Notes: generated by a model from the letters alone, not told the origin. DNA of 64,000 nt from an uncultured virus (IMG/VR IMGVR_UViG_3300034279_000829) (IMGVR_UViG_3300034279_000829), one strand, 5' to 3'; counted from the stretch's first letter, positions 30,289 through 40,096 are shown. Numbers and translations: made by a program.

Positions 30289-31693
30289 GCCACACGTTGC
30301 CGTTGACCTCCGGGGTGTACCCGGAGTCCGCGACAGCCTTGCGCACCCCTTCAAACAGGAGGTAGTCATGCCCTGCCAAGATGTGCTTGGCCTTGGGCCT
30401 CCACGCGGCGATGTCCGCCATCACCGAGTCGTAGTCATGCTCCGCGTCGATGTAGACGATGTCGGCGCAGCCGTCCTCAATCTCCTTCGCCACATCCGGT
30501 GATCGGCCCACCTTCCAGCTGACCGGATGGTTGGCGGTATTGCGGCGGAACACCTCCAGCGGAGTGCCGCGCGAACCGTCGTACGCGGAAGTGCCTTCGT
30601 CGTACTTGTTGCCCTCCCACGTATCCACGCACTTCACCAGCTGGGCGCCGGCGTTGCACATCTCAATGGCGCTCCTGCCGGCCCATGAGCCAACCTCCAA
30701 GACAACAGGCGCGCGTCCGTGCTGCTGGATGAAGGACTGAATGAGGGAGTGAATGGCCTTCACATCGCGATCTGGGAGGCCTATACCCATGTCATCAAAG
30801 ACAGAGACTGAGGTCTGGCGGTTGCGGATGTAGTTCTCCAGCAAGCCTGACGGGCGCACGCTCATCACCTTGACGCCGCCGTCATAGTTCGCCTGCCAGC
30901 ACTGCTTCAGCTTGGAACTGACATCGATGGCTTGGATGACCTGCGGCTTGCCGACACACTTGGGCTTCCAGTGACCGGCCCAGGCATCCCAGTTGCAGAA
31001 CACCGGGTTGTAGCCCAGCTTCTGCGTGCCGGCGAGAGATAGGTCGCGGGTCATCGTCACATCCTCAGTCGAAGCCTTCTCCGACTGATACTTGTCCGGG
31101 TACTCATAGTAGAACCACGGGTTGTCGCCAACGTCCTGCGGCTCAGTGACCTCAAACGCCCGCATGTCGTACATGATCAGCCCGGTCGGAAGGGCAGCGC
31201 ACTCTTGGATGCCCGCCATCTTGGCCGCGGTGTCCCGGTCGTACATCTCCAGCTTGAAGTCTGGGTTGGCGTTCTCCGACTGGTGGGCCTGCCAGCGGAA
31301 CACGTAGACGTTCTCATTGGGCGGCGGGCCGCAGTAAGGCGCACCGATGACCACCGGCCCCTTGGGGTAGTGGTCGGCAAGGAACTCAAAGGACGAGTCG
31401 ATGAACGACTTGGCGCCCGGCTGGTTGACATACATGTCGGGCTTCATGTCGGAATCGACCATAACCAGCACATCGATCCCGTACTGCCGAGCCATCAGCA
31501 CGGCGCGGTTGCGGGTCATGGTGATTGGCGTGTCCGACAGGTTCCACACCTGCACGGCGGACACCCGTGGATTCTGAGAAAGGCCAGAGATGGCCGGGAT
31601 CATCCACTCGCGGATGTCAGGCACCTCGGACGAGATGCCACCGTTACCGCCGTACGAAAACGTGCAGAAGCCGATGCTGAATTTCTGTTGCAT
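30275..31693 (-). CDS. GT-A glycosyltransferase fused to class I SAM methyltransferase
   Basis: RN..V, VMVDSD, TEDV; LEVGSWAGRS, YIDAEHDY, AGHDY. Confidence 0.85.
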   Translation of the reverse strand: MQQKFSIGFCTFSYGGNGGISSEVPDIREWMIPAISGLSQNPRVSAVQVWNLSDTPITMTRNRAVLMARQYGIDVLVMVDSDMKPDMYVNQPGAKSFIDSSFEFLADHYPKGPVVIGAPYCGPPPNENVYVFRWQAHQSENANPDFKLEMYDRDTAAKMAGIQECAALPTGLIMYDMRAFEVTEPQDVGDNPWFYYEYPDKYQSEKASTEDVTMTRDLSLAGTQKLGYNPVFCNWDAWAGHWKPKCVGKPQVIQAIDVSSKLKQCWQANYDGGVKVMSVRPSGLLENYIRNRQTSVSVFDDMGIGLPDRDVKAIHSLIQSFIQQHGRAPVVLEVGSWAGRSAIEMCNAGAQLVKCVDTWEGNKYDEGTSAYDGSRGTPLEVFRRNTANHPVSWKVGRSPDVAKEIEDGCADIVYIDAEHDYDSVMADIAAWRPKAKHILAGHDYLLFEGVRKAVADSGYTPEVNGNVWHVRL

Positions 31694-31754
31694 AACACCC
31701 CCGGGGATAGGTGTACAAGTCTACAGTATCATGACGCAGGCGTCAATTGATTTC

Positions 31755-33137
31755 CTACGACCTCTCGGCCATCCCGCGCGCCACGTATTCCTGCGCCGCA
31801 GCCGGGACGCCGCCAACCCTCCAAGGCCGCGCGACCCGTCCGGATCGGTAGCCCTGGGTGGAGTTGTATTCTCTCAGCAGCTTGTCGCGCAGCACTGCCT
31901 CGGCTCGCGCCGCAGCCTTCTTAGCCTGCTCGTCCTGTTGCGGAGGATACGGTTCGCCTTGGGATACTGGCTCTATCGGGCGCGCGGATCCTGGCCGCGA
32001 GGCAACGGGAATCGGTGCGCCACGCTGCCTGCGCCGCTCCATGTCGGCGTAGTACGACTCTTCGGCATCAGTTGTCTGCCGAGACTCGCGCGTGTGACCG
32101 CCGCCCTGGACCTTCACGCGCCCGTCTTGATCACGGAAATAATAGGGCTTGTGGACCAAGCCCGGATTGCTGTTATTGACGGAGGCAATGTCTTCGTCTG
32201 TCCATGTGGCCGGGTTGCGCTCTAGCGGGCTGATCACCTGCGGGGCGGCGCTGGGCCTGTAACTAGCGCTTGGCCGTGGATCGTAGGACTGTCCCCATGT
32301 GGGCAAGGGATTGTTCGCCTGCCAGCTGTTGCCGAAGGGGTTCTGCCACTGAGTGCCGCGCATGAACTGCGTGGCGTTGTCCATGGCGCCCTGCACGGCG
32401 GGATCGTATCCGCGCGGCGCGACAGGCGACTGTGCCGGCGGGGCGGATGGCGCCTGCTGCGGAGCCGAGAACGGATTGAAGAACGTGCCCTTGGCCAGCT
32501 GATCATCGGCCTGGGACAGGAGTTGGGCGGTGTCGAATGTCACCGGGCCTGTTCGCTGGCCGCTGGTGTACTGGCCCAAGCGGTTCAATAGGTTGCCAAC
32601 GAAAGCCTCGCGTTGACGCATGGCATCCTGCCACTGCATCTGGCTGCCGCCCACCCCGGTGGCCTGCGCCGTGATCGGGCCTGGCCGAGAGTCGATGGCG
32701 TTATAGGCCATATTGCCGTCCCAGCTTTGTCCGCCGGTGGGCTGGCTGTATTGTCCCGTGGAGGGGTTGAACGACTGGGTTGTGTAGCTCCCCGGCATCG
32801 TCCAAGACTGCGCGCGGCTGTTGCCGCCGTACTGCTGCGCAGCCTGGTTGTATGCCTGCGCCCACATTTGATTGGCGGGCACTTGGCCAGACAGGTCGTT
32901 AGCACGCGCGCTCTTCGGGGGCGTCAACCTATAGGCATCCATGCTCACCTGCTGTTGCTGAGCAGGTGCCTGCTGGCTGCGTTGGGCGTAGGCTCCCATG
33001 TCCGTCGCTTGCGGGGCGACGGCAGGCTGACCGCGAGACTGCGCTGGTGCAGGCACGTACCCCTTCCACCGGAGGTTCTCGTACGACTGAGGATTACGAC
33101 CAGCGGCAAACGCCGCCTCCGCGGATGAGTAGTCCAT
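31755..33137 (-). CDS. Gln/Pro/Ala-rich hypothetical protein
   Basis: Long ORF with GAGG RBS in the structural operon. Confidence 0.55.
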   Translation of the reverse strand: MDYSSAEAAFAAGRNPQSYENLRWKGYVPAPAQSRGQPAVAPQATDMGAYAQRSQQAPAQQQQVSMDAYRLTPPKSARANDLSGQVPANQMWAQAYNQAAQQYGGNSRAQSWTMPGSYTTQSFNPSTGQYSQPTGGQSWDGNMAYNAIDSRPGPITAQATGVGGSQMQWQDAMRQREAFVGNLLNRLGQYTSGQRTGPVTFDTAQLLSQADDQLAKGTFFNPFSAPQQAPSAPPAQSPVAPRGYDPAVQGAMDNATQFMRGTQWQNPFGNSWQANNPLPTWGQSYDPRPSASYRPSAAPQVISPLERNPATWTDEDIASVNNSNPGLVHKPYYFRDQDGRVKVQGGGHTRESRQTTDAEESYYADMERRRQRGAPIPVASRPGSARPIEPVSQGEPYPPQQDEQAKKAAARAEAVLRDKLLREYNSTQGYRSGRVARPWRVGGVPAAAQEYVARGMAERS

Positions 33138-33152
33138 TTACAGCCTCTTGTT

Positions 33153-33308
33153 TTATCGATCCGCCCGCTGCGTAGACACACTGTCCGTGCCCACGCCTGA
33201 GCCGTAGAGCATCCGCAGGCGCTCAACGTCATCCTGCGGGAGACTGCGGATCTCAGCGATCAGCTGACGCAGGAAGTCCAAGTTCTGGATTGCCGGTGGT
33301 TGGTCCAT
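33153..33308 (-). CDS. Hypothetical 51-aa protein (below ORF-track cutoff)
   Basis: MDQPPAIQNLDFLRQLIAEIRSLPQDDVERLRMLYG...; fills the intergenic gap. Confidence 0.45.
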   Translation of the reverse strand: MDQPPAIQNLDFLRQLIAEIRSLPQDDVERLRMLYGSGVGTDSVSTQRADR

Positions 33309-33312
33309 ACAG

Positions 33313-33346
33313 AAAACGGGGCCAGGATGTTTCCACCCTGGCCCCG
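33313..33346 (-). terminator. Rho-independent terminator after capsid/cement genes
   Basis: CGGGGCCAGG...CCTGGCCCCG followed by TTTT. Confidence 0.75.
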
Positions 33347-33371
33347 CCCCCGAAAGCCCGTGAAGGGCGTA

Positions 33372-33986
33372 TTACGAAGCCCGGGTCCGGACCAGAGCAA
33401 GAACGGCCGAGCCGGTCGTTGCAGTGGTGGACGCAAAACCGATGACACCCAGGCTGTTGTCGCCGGCACCCGTGGTAGCCGCAGACACCGGAGACACCGT
33501 GACACGGCCGGCAGAGGTCGCACCGCTCGTCGCCGCGGTGATCACCGACAGCCGGTCGCGGACAGCGATGTCCGAGCCGGACAGAGCGACCGCGACCTCA
33601 GTCGGGCCTTCCACCGTCACCCAGAACACATCGTTCGCAGCCACGCCGCTGGCAGGGAGGAACTCGTCCACCACGCCGACCAGCGAGTCGTTGGCCACGG
33701 ACGCATAGCCATCGGCAGCGCCGAACAGCACCTTGCCCGCACCCGTCAACCGAACAACCCGCCTGGGCAGCAGGGCCGCGCCAGAGGTGTTCCGGACAGC
33801 AACGCACACCTTGCGGCGATTGCTGCGGACCTGGCCGTTGATGGGGTTCACATCGGTGAACTCCTTCACAGCGCCCACCCAGTTGTCGCCGTACGATGCA
33901 CCACTGATGCCGTACAGGCTGTCATTCACACTATCGATTCCGAGCGTCTGGCCAAGGCCGAACGGCGGATCAGCTTGCAATCCCAT
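33372..33986 (-). CDS. Capsid cement/decoration protein
   Basis: Follows the capsid gene; VRNTSG.ALLP, GVVDEFLP..GV..ND.FWV. Confidence 0.6.
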   Translation of the reverse strand: MGLQADPPFGLGQTLGIDSVNDSLYGISGASYGDNWVGAVKEFTDVNPINGQVRSNRRKVCVAVRNTSGAALLPRRVVRLTGAGKVLFGAADGYASVANDSLVGVVDEFLPASGVAANDVFWVTVEGPTEVAVALSGSDIAVRDRLSVITAATSGATSAGRVTVSPVSAATTGAGDNSLGVIGFASTTATTGSAVLALVRTRAS

Positions 33987-34004
33987 TTCTGTTTTTATCC
34001 TTTC

Positions 34005-35129
34005 TCAGGCGGTGACGATCTTGAAGAAGTTACGCGGCGACTTGAACTTCAGGTTGCCGAGCGTCGAAACCACATAGCGATATTGCTGCGTGATTTCGTC
34101 GTAGAAAGGCCCTTCGCTGTTCATCAGCTGGCCTTCCATGCACAGCAGTTCGATGTTGCCGACCGACAGGCCGTAGCCGGTGTTGGCGGGAACCGAGTTC
34201 TCGCTGCCGATTTCGACGCCGTCCAGTTCAAACACATCGGTGAAGCCGTAGGACCGCAGGCCGTTGGTCCGGCTGACGATCACGCGCTCCTTGGAGTCCA
34301 GCGTGTTGAGGAAGTCGATGTAGCTGCGCCGGTCAAGGAGCAACATGTCCACTTGATCTTCCTTGCTGTCGTTCCGGCGAGTCTGATGAATCGCCTCGCG
34401 CACCGCCTTCACGCAGTTGTTCGCCCAAGTGTTGTTGGGGTTGGCGTTGAAGTAGGTGCTGACTCCGTTGACAATCACCGGCGTGAAGAAATCGAACTCA
34501 GGATCGGCCGAGCCGTTGGGCCACACGCCCGTGGTCTGCGAGCCGCCGTACGAACCCAGCACCGTCGAAAGACCGGCGTAGGTGTCGTTGGGATAGAGGA
34601 ACGGATCCGCCGCGTCCTTCGTCCGAGCAGCGCCGGTGGTGATGTTGATCGACTGCTGCGTGGTACCGAGTCCCATGAACGACTCAATGCCGTGGAAGCG
34701 AAGCTCGTTGCCGGACGCATAGCCGTCAACCACCCACTCCTTGGCGAGGTACTGCTCCATGCTCGTCAGAAGACGGCTGGCCATCTTGCCGGCGACGTTG
34801 ACCAGAGCCTGAGCGCTCCGATTTTCAAGCATCTCCTTCTTGTAGATGGCATCGCTCGCCTGTGCCCCGCGGAACTCAAGCTCCGCTCGCTTCCACAGGT
34901 TCTGCCGAGCGAACACGCGAGGCGTCTCGCCGTTGTTGCCCGAAGGCGTGTGATTCCTGTACTGGATTTCCCAGTCGAAACCTCGGCCGCTCATGTTGGT
35001 CCGGATCTGGCCGGCACCCTCAAGCGCAGCAAACAGCTTGTACTTACGAAGCGATGCAATCTCCTCCTCGCGGAGGTGGTTGACAATCGTCGTTGCAATA
35101 GACCTCGCCCAGTCGGTCGAACTAGCCAT
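34005..35129 (-). CDS. Major capsid protein
   Basis: 374 aa after the scaffold gene; SGRGF, HGIES, GNL...PR. Confidence 0.8.
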   Translation of the reverse strand: MASSTDWARSIATTIVNHLREEEIASLRKYKLFAALEGAGQIRTNMSGRGFDWEIQYRNHTPSGNNGETPRVFARQNLWKRAELEFRGAQASDAIYKKEMLENRSAQALVNVAGKMASRLLTSMEQYLAKEWVVDGYASGNELRFHGIESFMGLGTTQQSINITTGAARTKDAADPFLYPNDTYAGLSTVLGSYGGSQTTGVWPNGSADPEFDFFTPVIVNGVSTYFNANPNNTWANNCVKAVREAIHQTRRNDSKEDQVDMLLLDRRSYIDFLNTLDSKERVIVSRTNGLRSYGFTDVFELDGVEIGSENSVPANTGYGLSVGNIELLCMEGQLMNSEGPFYDEITQQYRYVVSTLGNLKFKSPRNFFKIVTA

Positions 35130-36145
35130 CAGATAACTCCATCGTTAACGAGTTGGCTTTTCAGCCTGTCCTCAAAACTCATCCGCGCGCGCGGTGCCCG
35201 CGGTTCCGTAGTTCCAGCACTTCGATTCGGGGTGCGTGTTGCGCGGTCCCGAAGGAACTGCATGTTCTGTTGTGCCACTGGGTCCGCAGGTGCCGCTGGC
35301 GCTGGCACCCCTGCGAAACCCTGCGCCGGTTGTGCCTGCTGCATCTGCTGGTAGCGCATGTTCAGGAGATCGCGCTGCAGCATGCCGGTGGCGTACTTCC
35401 ACCGGGCCTCGGGGGTCTGGATGCCAAGCTCCTGGGCCTGGGCGATGTACTGACTGATCGCCTGGCCTTCACGGGTCGGCTGGCCGTTCTGGTCATAGAG
35501 CCAGTCGGCGTTCTGCCGCTCAAGATCCGAAACGTAGTTCTGGGTCTTGTACTGGTTGAGATGGTTCGCGACCATCTCCTGCGCCTTCTGGATCGCGACC
35601 TGCTCAACGAAGGGCTTGAGCGTGTTTTCGGGGTCAGTCACCAGCTTGCGGGCGAAGTCAGCGGTATAGCTCTGGTATTCCCTGAGAGCCTGCTGGGCCT
35701 CAAAGGGGGCATCGGGGGCGATGACTTCCTTGCCCGTCTGCGGGTCGCGGACGATGAAGCTCCGCCAAGTGTCTTTGACCTGGGGAGGGTTCCACCACTT
35801 CGGAGCCTCTGGCTCCTTCGGCTTGGCCGCTTCGGCCTGCGAACGCTTCCAAGTCTCAAACTCGCGCTGGTTGCGCAGGTACTCTTGGGCGTAGGGAACG
35901 ACCGACTGGTACTGCTGCAGCTGACGCTGGGTTTCCCCGTAGCCGTTGTAGGCTTTGTAGAGATTCTGGGCGATAGCCAGATCGTCCTGCCCCTGGAAGT
36001 CGGGCAGATGGCGGAACGCTTCGTACGGCGTTGAAAAGTCACTGCCCGTAGAACTTGGGGCAGAGGGTTGCGCATCACCCTGAACTGGGGTGTCGGCAAC
36101 GGGTGCCTCTGATACCGGCGCGTCGTTAAGCTGTTCGTCTGACAT
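35129..36145 (-). CDS. Capsid scaffolding protein
   Basis: Acidic N-terminus, helical core, MSFEDRLK C-terminus; precedes the capsid gene. Confidence 0.7.
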   Translation of the reverse strand: MSDEQLNDAPVSEAPVADTPVQGDAQPSAPSSTGSDFSTPYEAFRHLPDFQGQDDLAIAQNLYKAYNGYGETQRQLQQYQSVVPYAQEYLRNQREFETWKRSQAEAAKPKEPEAPKWWNPPQVKDTWRSFIVRDPQTGKEVIAPDAPFEAQQALREYQSYTADFARKLVTDPENTLKPFVEQVAIQKAQEMVANHLNQYKTQNYVSDLERQNADWLYDQNGQPTREGQAISQYIAQAQELGIQTPEARWKYATGMLQRDLLNMRYQQMQQAQPAQGFAGVPAPAAPADPVAQQNMQFLRDRATRTPNRSAGTTEPRAPRARMSFEDRLKSQLVNDGVI

Positions 36146-36170
36146 GTATTTCCTTTCGGGGGAAGGGTCT

Positions 36171-36186
36171 ACATAGTCAGTGTCCT
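36171..36186 (-). promoter_or_regulatory. Putative late promoter motif AGGACACTGACTATGT
   Basis: Matches 27621 and 40081. Confidence 0.55.
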
Positions 36187-36211
36187 ATTCCTCGTATTTT
36201 GTTACGGGGCG

Positions 36212-37651
36212 TTACTGATTGAGCCTTTCGATGAGATCGTCCTGCGACAACACGCCCCCGGCAACCGCTGCTCCTACGCCTTGTTGTATGAGGCGCCGGC
36301 GCATTTCATCGGAGAGGAGGTAGCGCCGGGATGGGGCGCGAACTGGAGGCTCTAGCTTGTCCATGGCCGCAAGGTGGCGAAGGTTGCTGTGCTGATTCTG
36401 GAGCGATGTAACATCGTCAGCCTGCCTCATTAGGCGAGGCATGAACTGATCCACCAGAGTGTTGGCGGCCTGTGTCGGATAGCCGTTTTCGATTGCCTGC
36501 GTCACTAAGTGATTGCGCAGCCGAACGGCGTGCTGAGTCGGATCCATGCCGACCTGCAACGCATGAACAACATCCTCAACCAGGCCCGCAGATGAAAGCT
36601 GGTCTTTGCCCCAGCCGCTACCAACATATCCGTCAGCATGCGCTATCATGTCGTTCATAGCATCGTTGGCCGCCTGCTGCGCCTCGGGGAGCCTATACCC
36701 TTTTCGCACTACATCTTGGCCAACGGAGTCTTGCGCCAAGCCCCCCATCTTCCTGCCCAGCCGCTCAAGCGCACCCGGAACAACCTTGCCGTAGAAGTGT
36801 TCGTAGTTGTCGATGCTCCCGCCGACCTTGTCGGCTATCGCCCGCGGAGATGCAACTTCGATTGCCCGGTGTCCTTTGCGCGCGGCCTCTAGTGCAAGCC
36901 GTTTGACGAGGAGGTCTGCCCAGGCGTCTTCTAGAGGGAAGGGGAGTTCATTGCGTGGGGCGTAGTCCGGCCCTCCTCCGCCAGCCACAAACTCCTGAGT
37001 TGCCTCCCTCGCCTTCCGGTTGTGAATCCCAAGGTCAGACTGGAGTTCATTGATCCGCAGGGCATCGCCGTGGGCGTCGAAGCGGGCATGAGCTACGGCG
37101 TTGGCTGCCCCTGGCGCCGCGTTCACATCGTTCCAGTGCGAACCAAACATTTTGAAACCGGCCTCGGGCTGCGTCAGCAACAACTCAGTGTATTCTTCCC
37201 CCCCCTGGCCGTACGGCTCGTACGCAGGCCGTCCGTGGCTGACGCCCGCTCCAATCTTTGACGGCGCCGCCTGCCTGTCGATGCCTGCCACCTTTAAAAA
37301 ATCGCCACCTTCAGCCTCAATCATCTCAGATGACACTTGCGGACGGCCGCCCAGCACAATCTCTTTGTGCGTGTACACAGGACTGCGTTCGCGCACGGCA
37401 CCAAGAAGTTCTTCTCTTGGAACCACATCTCGCCCAGCAATAGCGGACTCTAGGTCAACCGCCTTAAGCTCCCAGCCAGGGACTCCATCCTTGTATCGCT
37501 TGAGGAGGCCGGGGAGTTCTTGGACGCGGACGTTCTCTGGCATCGCCTCAACGGCGCGCTCCAGTCGGGAGTAGATCCCGGGGCCGGGGTTGTAGGTCAG
37601 AAGTCCTGCAATCTGCCGACCGGCGTTGTCAATCTGGCTTGGATTGGGCAT
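36212..37651 (-). CDS. Polyvalent-protein-like domain protein
   Basis: YSRLERAVEAMP...GV...EL, GGEEYTELLL, SHW, AHARF, INELQSD, FYGKVVP. Confidence 0.6.
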   Translation of the reverse strand: MPNPSQIDNAGRQIAGLLTYNPGPGIYSRLERAVEAMPENVRVQELPGLLKRYKDGVPGWELKAVDLESAIAGRDVVPREELLGAVRERSPVYTHKEIVLGGRPQVSSEMIEAEGGDFLKVAGIDRQAAPSKIGAGVSHGRPAYEPYGQGGEEYTELLLTQPEAGFKMFGSHWNDVNAAPGAANAVAHARFDAHGDALRINELQSDLGIHNRKAREATQEFVAGGGGPDYAPRNELPFPLEDAWADLLVKRLALEAARKGHRAIEVASPRAIADKVGGSIDNYEHFYGKVVPGALERLGRKMGGLAQDSVGQDVVRKGYRLPEAQQAANDAMNDMIAHADGYVGSGWGKDQLSSAGLVEDVVHALQVGMDPTQHAVRLRNHLVTQAIENGYPTQAANTLVDQFMPRLMRQADDVTSLQNQHSNLRHLAAMDKLEPPVRAPSRRYLLSDEMRRRLIQQGVGAAVAGGVLSQDDLIERLNQ

Positions 37652-38358
37652 TACTCGCCTCCCTGTGCTGCGCCAGCCGCCACAGGTGCTGTGAATCCGT
37701 ATTGGCGCAGCAAACGGACTGCGTCTTCTGGGCTAATGCTTGCGCGTGCCGGCAGCGGGTCGCTGGCATCGCGCGCATAAATCGCGCCATCCAGCACAGC
37801 CATGTTTTCGTCTGGCATAATGCCGATATTGCCAGCGTGCGGGTCTGTCCATTCCATGCCGCGAGCAGCCAACGATCTTTGGACTGTGTCGGCCATCTGG
37901 CTCCACTTTGATTCTTCAGCGATGCCTCCCCAACGCGCCCGAACGTCCGGCGACAACACGCGGCTGGCTTTGGCCTGCAGAGCAACAAGAGGACCAGATC
38001 CTATGCGATCTTTCGCCCAGTAGCCCGCTACTCCCGGCACATCCGTTGGCAACGTAAAGCCACGCCCCGAGCCAGGAGATTGCAGCTTTAGGACATTGCT
38101 GTTGCGCCCTTCATTGTCTACGGCATTGAACACCAAGCTCTCGCGCCCTCGGCTGATTGGATGACCTATGCGCATGCCGTTCGCTCGCAAAAAATCGTCC
38201 ACTCCTTCCAAAGATGCTGCCGCGCGCGGTGCCGTCAAAAGCTCTTGCGCGTAGCCTGCCATCGGGCCTTTTGCGTCAGCGACATGGGCTAATACATTCC
38301 AAGATGTAGCTTTGCCAACACGCCGAATCAGATCATCCAATTGGCTAGGCGTGGGCAT
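37651..38358 (-). CDS. Protein kinase-like protein
   Basis: SRGRESLVF (Gly-loop-like), VLK, DPHAGN catalytic loop, VLDG. Confidence 0.7.
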   Translation of the reverse strand: MPTPSQLDDLIRRVGKATSWNVLAHVADAKGPMAGYAQELLTAPRAAASLEGVDDFLRANGMRIGHPISRGRESLVFNAVDNEGRNSNVLKLQSPGSGRGFTLPTDVPGVAGYWAKDRIGSGPLVALQAKASRVLSPDVRARWGGIAEESKWSQMADTVQRSLAARGMEWTDPHAGNIGIMPDENMAVLDGAIYARDASDPLPARASISPEDAVRLLRQYGFTAPVAAGAAQGGE

Positions 38359-39233
38359 CAGTATCGCCTTATGTAGTCGCCGGGGCTGGTTTTGTAGTCG
38401 GCCTGCGGTGACGGAGCGAGTTCTGGGATCAGATTCGATAGCAGGGGGATGCCGTAGGCAGGCGAGATCAGTGCTTGGCCAGTACCGAACTCACCGATCA
38501 ATGCCCCGAGAGCGCGCTGGCCTGCACGGGCCGCTTTGACGGCATGGCCCAGCCCGTTCCAAGGATCCAACACAGAATCCATCGCCGTGCCTGCGATCAA
38601 TGCGGCGGTCTTCGGGACACCGGCAGCATGGAGAGAATCCGAAGCTGACAGCTGGAGATCCGCGGCCTGCTGCTGGGAAACACCTGAGACGATTTCATCC
38701 CAAGCGCCGGGGGCGATGTTTGCAGGTCGCTGGCCGCGCATCTGCCTCGCCTGTTCAGCCACATCTACAACCGTGGGCGTTCCCTTGGGAACCCAGCCGC
38801 GCTCCTCGGCTCCATATAGGGTGGCGGTATTCAGGGCACTATCGAACTGCTTCTTGGCATTGGGGTAGGGGGCGGCCTCGGGATCGACCCAGTTGGCCAG
38901 ACGTTGACTGCCCGCCACGGCCATCTGCGGGACGGACGAGAACACAGCCATGGCGTTGTACACTGGAGCGCCCGGGGCGAAGACACCGCGCCAATGGTAG
39001 GGAGACTTGAGCGAATCCAACTCGCCCCGCTGATAGCTGTCGATTTCGGAGGCGATGCGAGGGTCGATCTTTGCTCGCTCAGTCGGCGTCGGATGCAGTG
39101 CTGCCAGCCGCTGCAGGAGCTTTTCCTGCCGTTGCTTGTTGTCCCACTCCTTCTGCGAGTCCATTTCGTAGCCCAGTATGCTACGCGCCAGACGGCCGGG
39201 GAGATTGTGTTGGGAGTCTAGCGGCTCAGCCAT
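38358..39233 (-). CDS. Hypothetical virion-associated protein
   Basis: Coupled ORF; ALIAG..DSVLDPWN hydrophobic segment. Confidence 0.55.
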   Translation of the reverse strand: MAEPLDSQHNLPGRLARSILGYEMDSQKEWDNKQRQEKLLQRLAALHPTPTERAKIDPRIASEIDSYQRGELDSLKSPYHWRGVFAPGAPVYNAMAVFSSVPQMAVAGSQRLANWVDPEAAPYPNAKKQFDSALNTATLYGAEERGWVPKGTPTVVDVAEQARQMRGQRPANIAPGAWDEIVSGVSQQQAADLQLSASDSLHAAGVPKTAALIAGTAMDSVLDPWNGLGHAVKAARAGQRALGALIGEFGTGQALISPAYGIPLLSNLIPELAPSPQADYKTSPGDYIRRY

Positions 39234-39242
39234 TCGTATCCT

Positions 39243-39497
39243 TTACCACTTAATTTTGTCGGCCCAATACGCCGCGGACATCTTGCCCTTGGCGATGTTA
39301 CTAGCGTGGCGCGCCTTGAACGCCTCGTTCCTGGCACTGCCGTCCGGGGAACCCTCAACCCCCTGCTGGCCGAAGCGTATTAACTTCTCCTCGTCGCCAG
39401 ACTTGGCTAGTACCATGTGCGACTTCTCCGGATGATTGGGAGTTCGCACCGGCCGGTTTGGTATTAACCGCCGAACTGCATCGCCGTCGCCGTCCAT
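39243..39497 (-). CDS. Conserved small basic phage protein
   Basis: KLIRFGQQG...FKARHA...SAAYWADKIKW. Confidence 0.7.
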   Translation of the reverse strand: MDGDGDAVRRLIPNRPVRTPNHPEKSHMVLAKSGDEEKLIRFGQQGVEGSPDGSARNEAFKARHASNIAKGKMSAAYWADKIKW

Positions 39498-39527
39498 TCC
39501 TCGCCCCAGTCTTCGTCAAAGAGAAAG

Positions 39528-40070
39528 TCAAACATCGACCCACCGACCGTTAACTAGCTTCCGGGTAGTAACACCCGTTTGTAACTGCTTCTGGAGAATG
39601 CGATCCTTCTCCCGCTCGCGCTGCTCCATGGCCAGCCGCTGGAGGAGGGCCTCCTGCCGCATGGCCTCCATCTCCTGCTCATGCGCCATCCGCATCTGCT
39701 CGCGCGACTGAGCCACCCGGGAGTCGTTCTCGTCCTGGATGGTCCGCTGAACGTCATCGATCATCCCGCCGAGATGGCGCGCCTGCGCTGCGGGTCCGTA
39801 GTTGTCCATAAAGCTCTGTTGCGCCGAAGGCGCTCCTCCATAGGGCTGCATACTGAACGGCCGTCTAATGGCCTGCTGGGGGCCTTCCTGCGCATCCTGC
39901 GGGTCGTTGTCCGGGTTGTTGTCCGGCACGCCGGCGACTGCCGCGCGCTGCGCCGCCAAGTACCGCGCGCGTTCGGCAGGGGGCAGGGTTGCCAGGTACT
40001 GGCGCAGCTGCTTGTCGGACTGTGACCGCAGCCAGTTCTCGGATCTCTTCTGGTCGTACTCGCTAACCAT
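39528..40070 (-). CDS. Gln-rich hypothetical protein
   Basis: GGAGG RBS; late motif upstream. Confidence 0.6.
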   Translation of the reverse strand: MVSEYDQKRSENWLRSQSDKQLRQYLATLPPAERARYLAAQRAAVAGVPDNNPDNDPQDAQEGPQQAIRRPFSMQPYGGAPSAQQSFMDNYGPAAQARHLGGMIDDVQRTIQDENDSRVAQSREQMRMAHEQEMEAMRQEALLQRLAMEQREREKDRILQKQLQTGVTTRKLVNGRWVDV

Positions 40071-40080
40071 GATGCCCTCC

Positions 40081-40096
40081 TATTGGTCAGTGCCTC
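40081..40096 (-). promoter_or_regulatory. Putative late promoter motif GAGGCACTGACCAATA
   Basis: Matches 27621 and 36171. Confidence 0.5.

Noticed and set aside
33300..35354. 684-aa plus-strand ORF and other long antisense ORFs (e.g. 26835..28010, 15258..16307)
   Set aside because: These are shadows of capsid, portal and tail genes, expected in GC-rich DNA, and carry no motifs.
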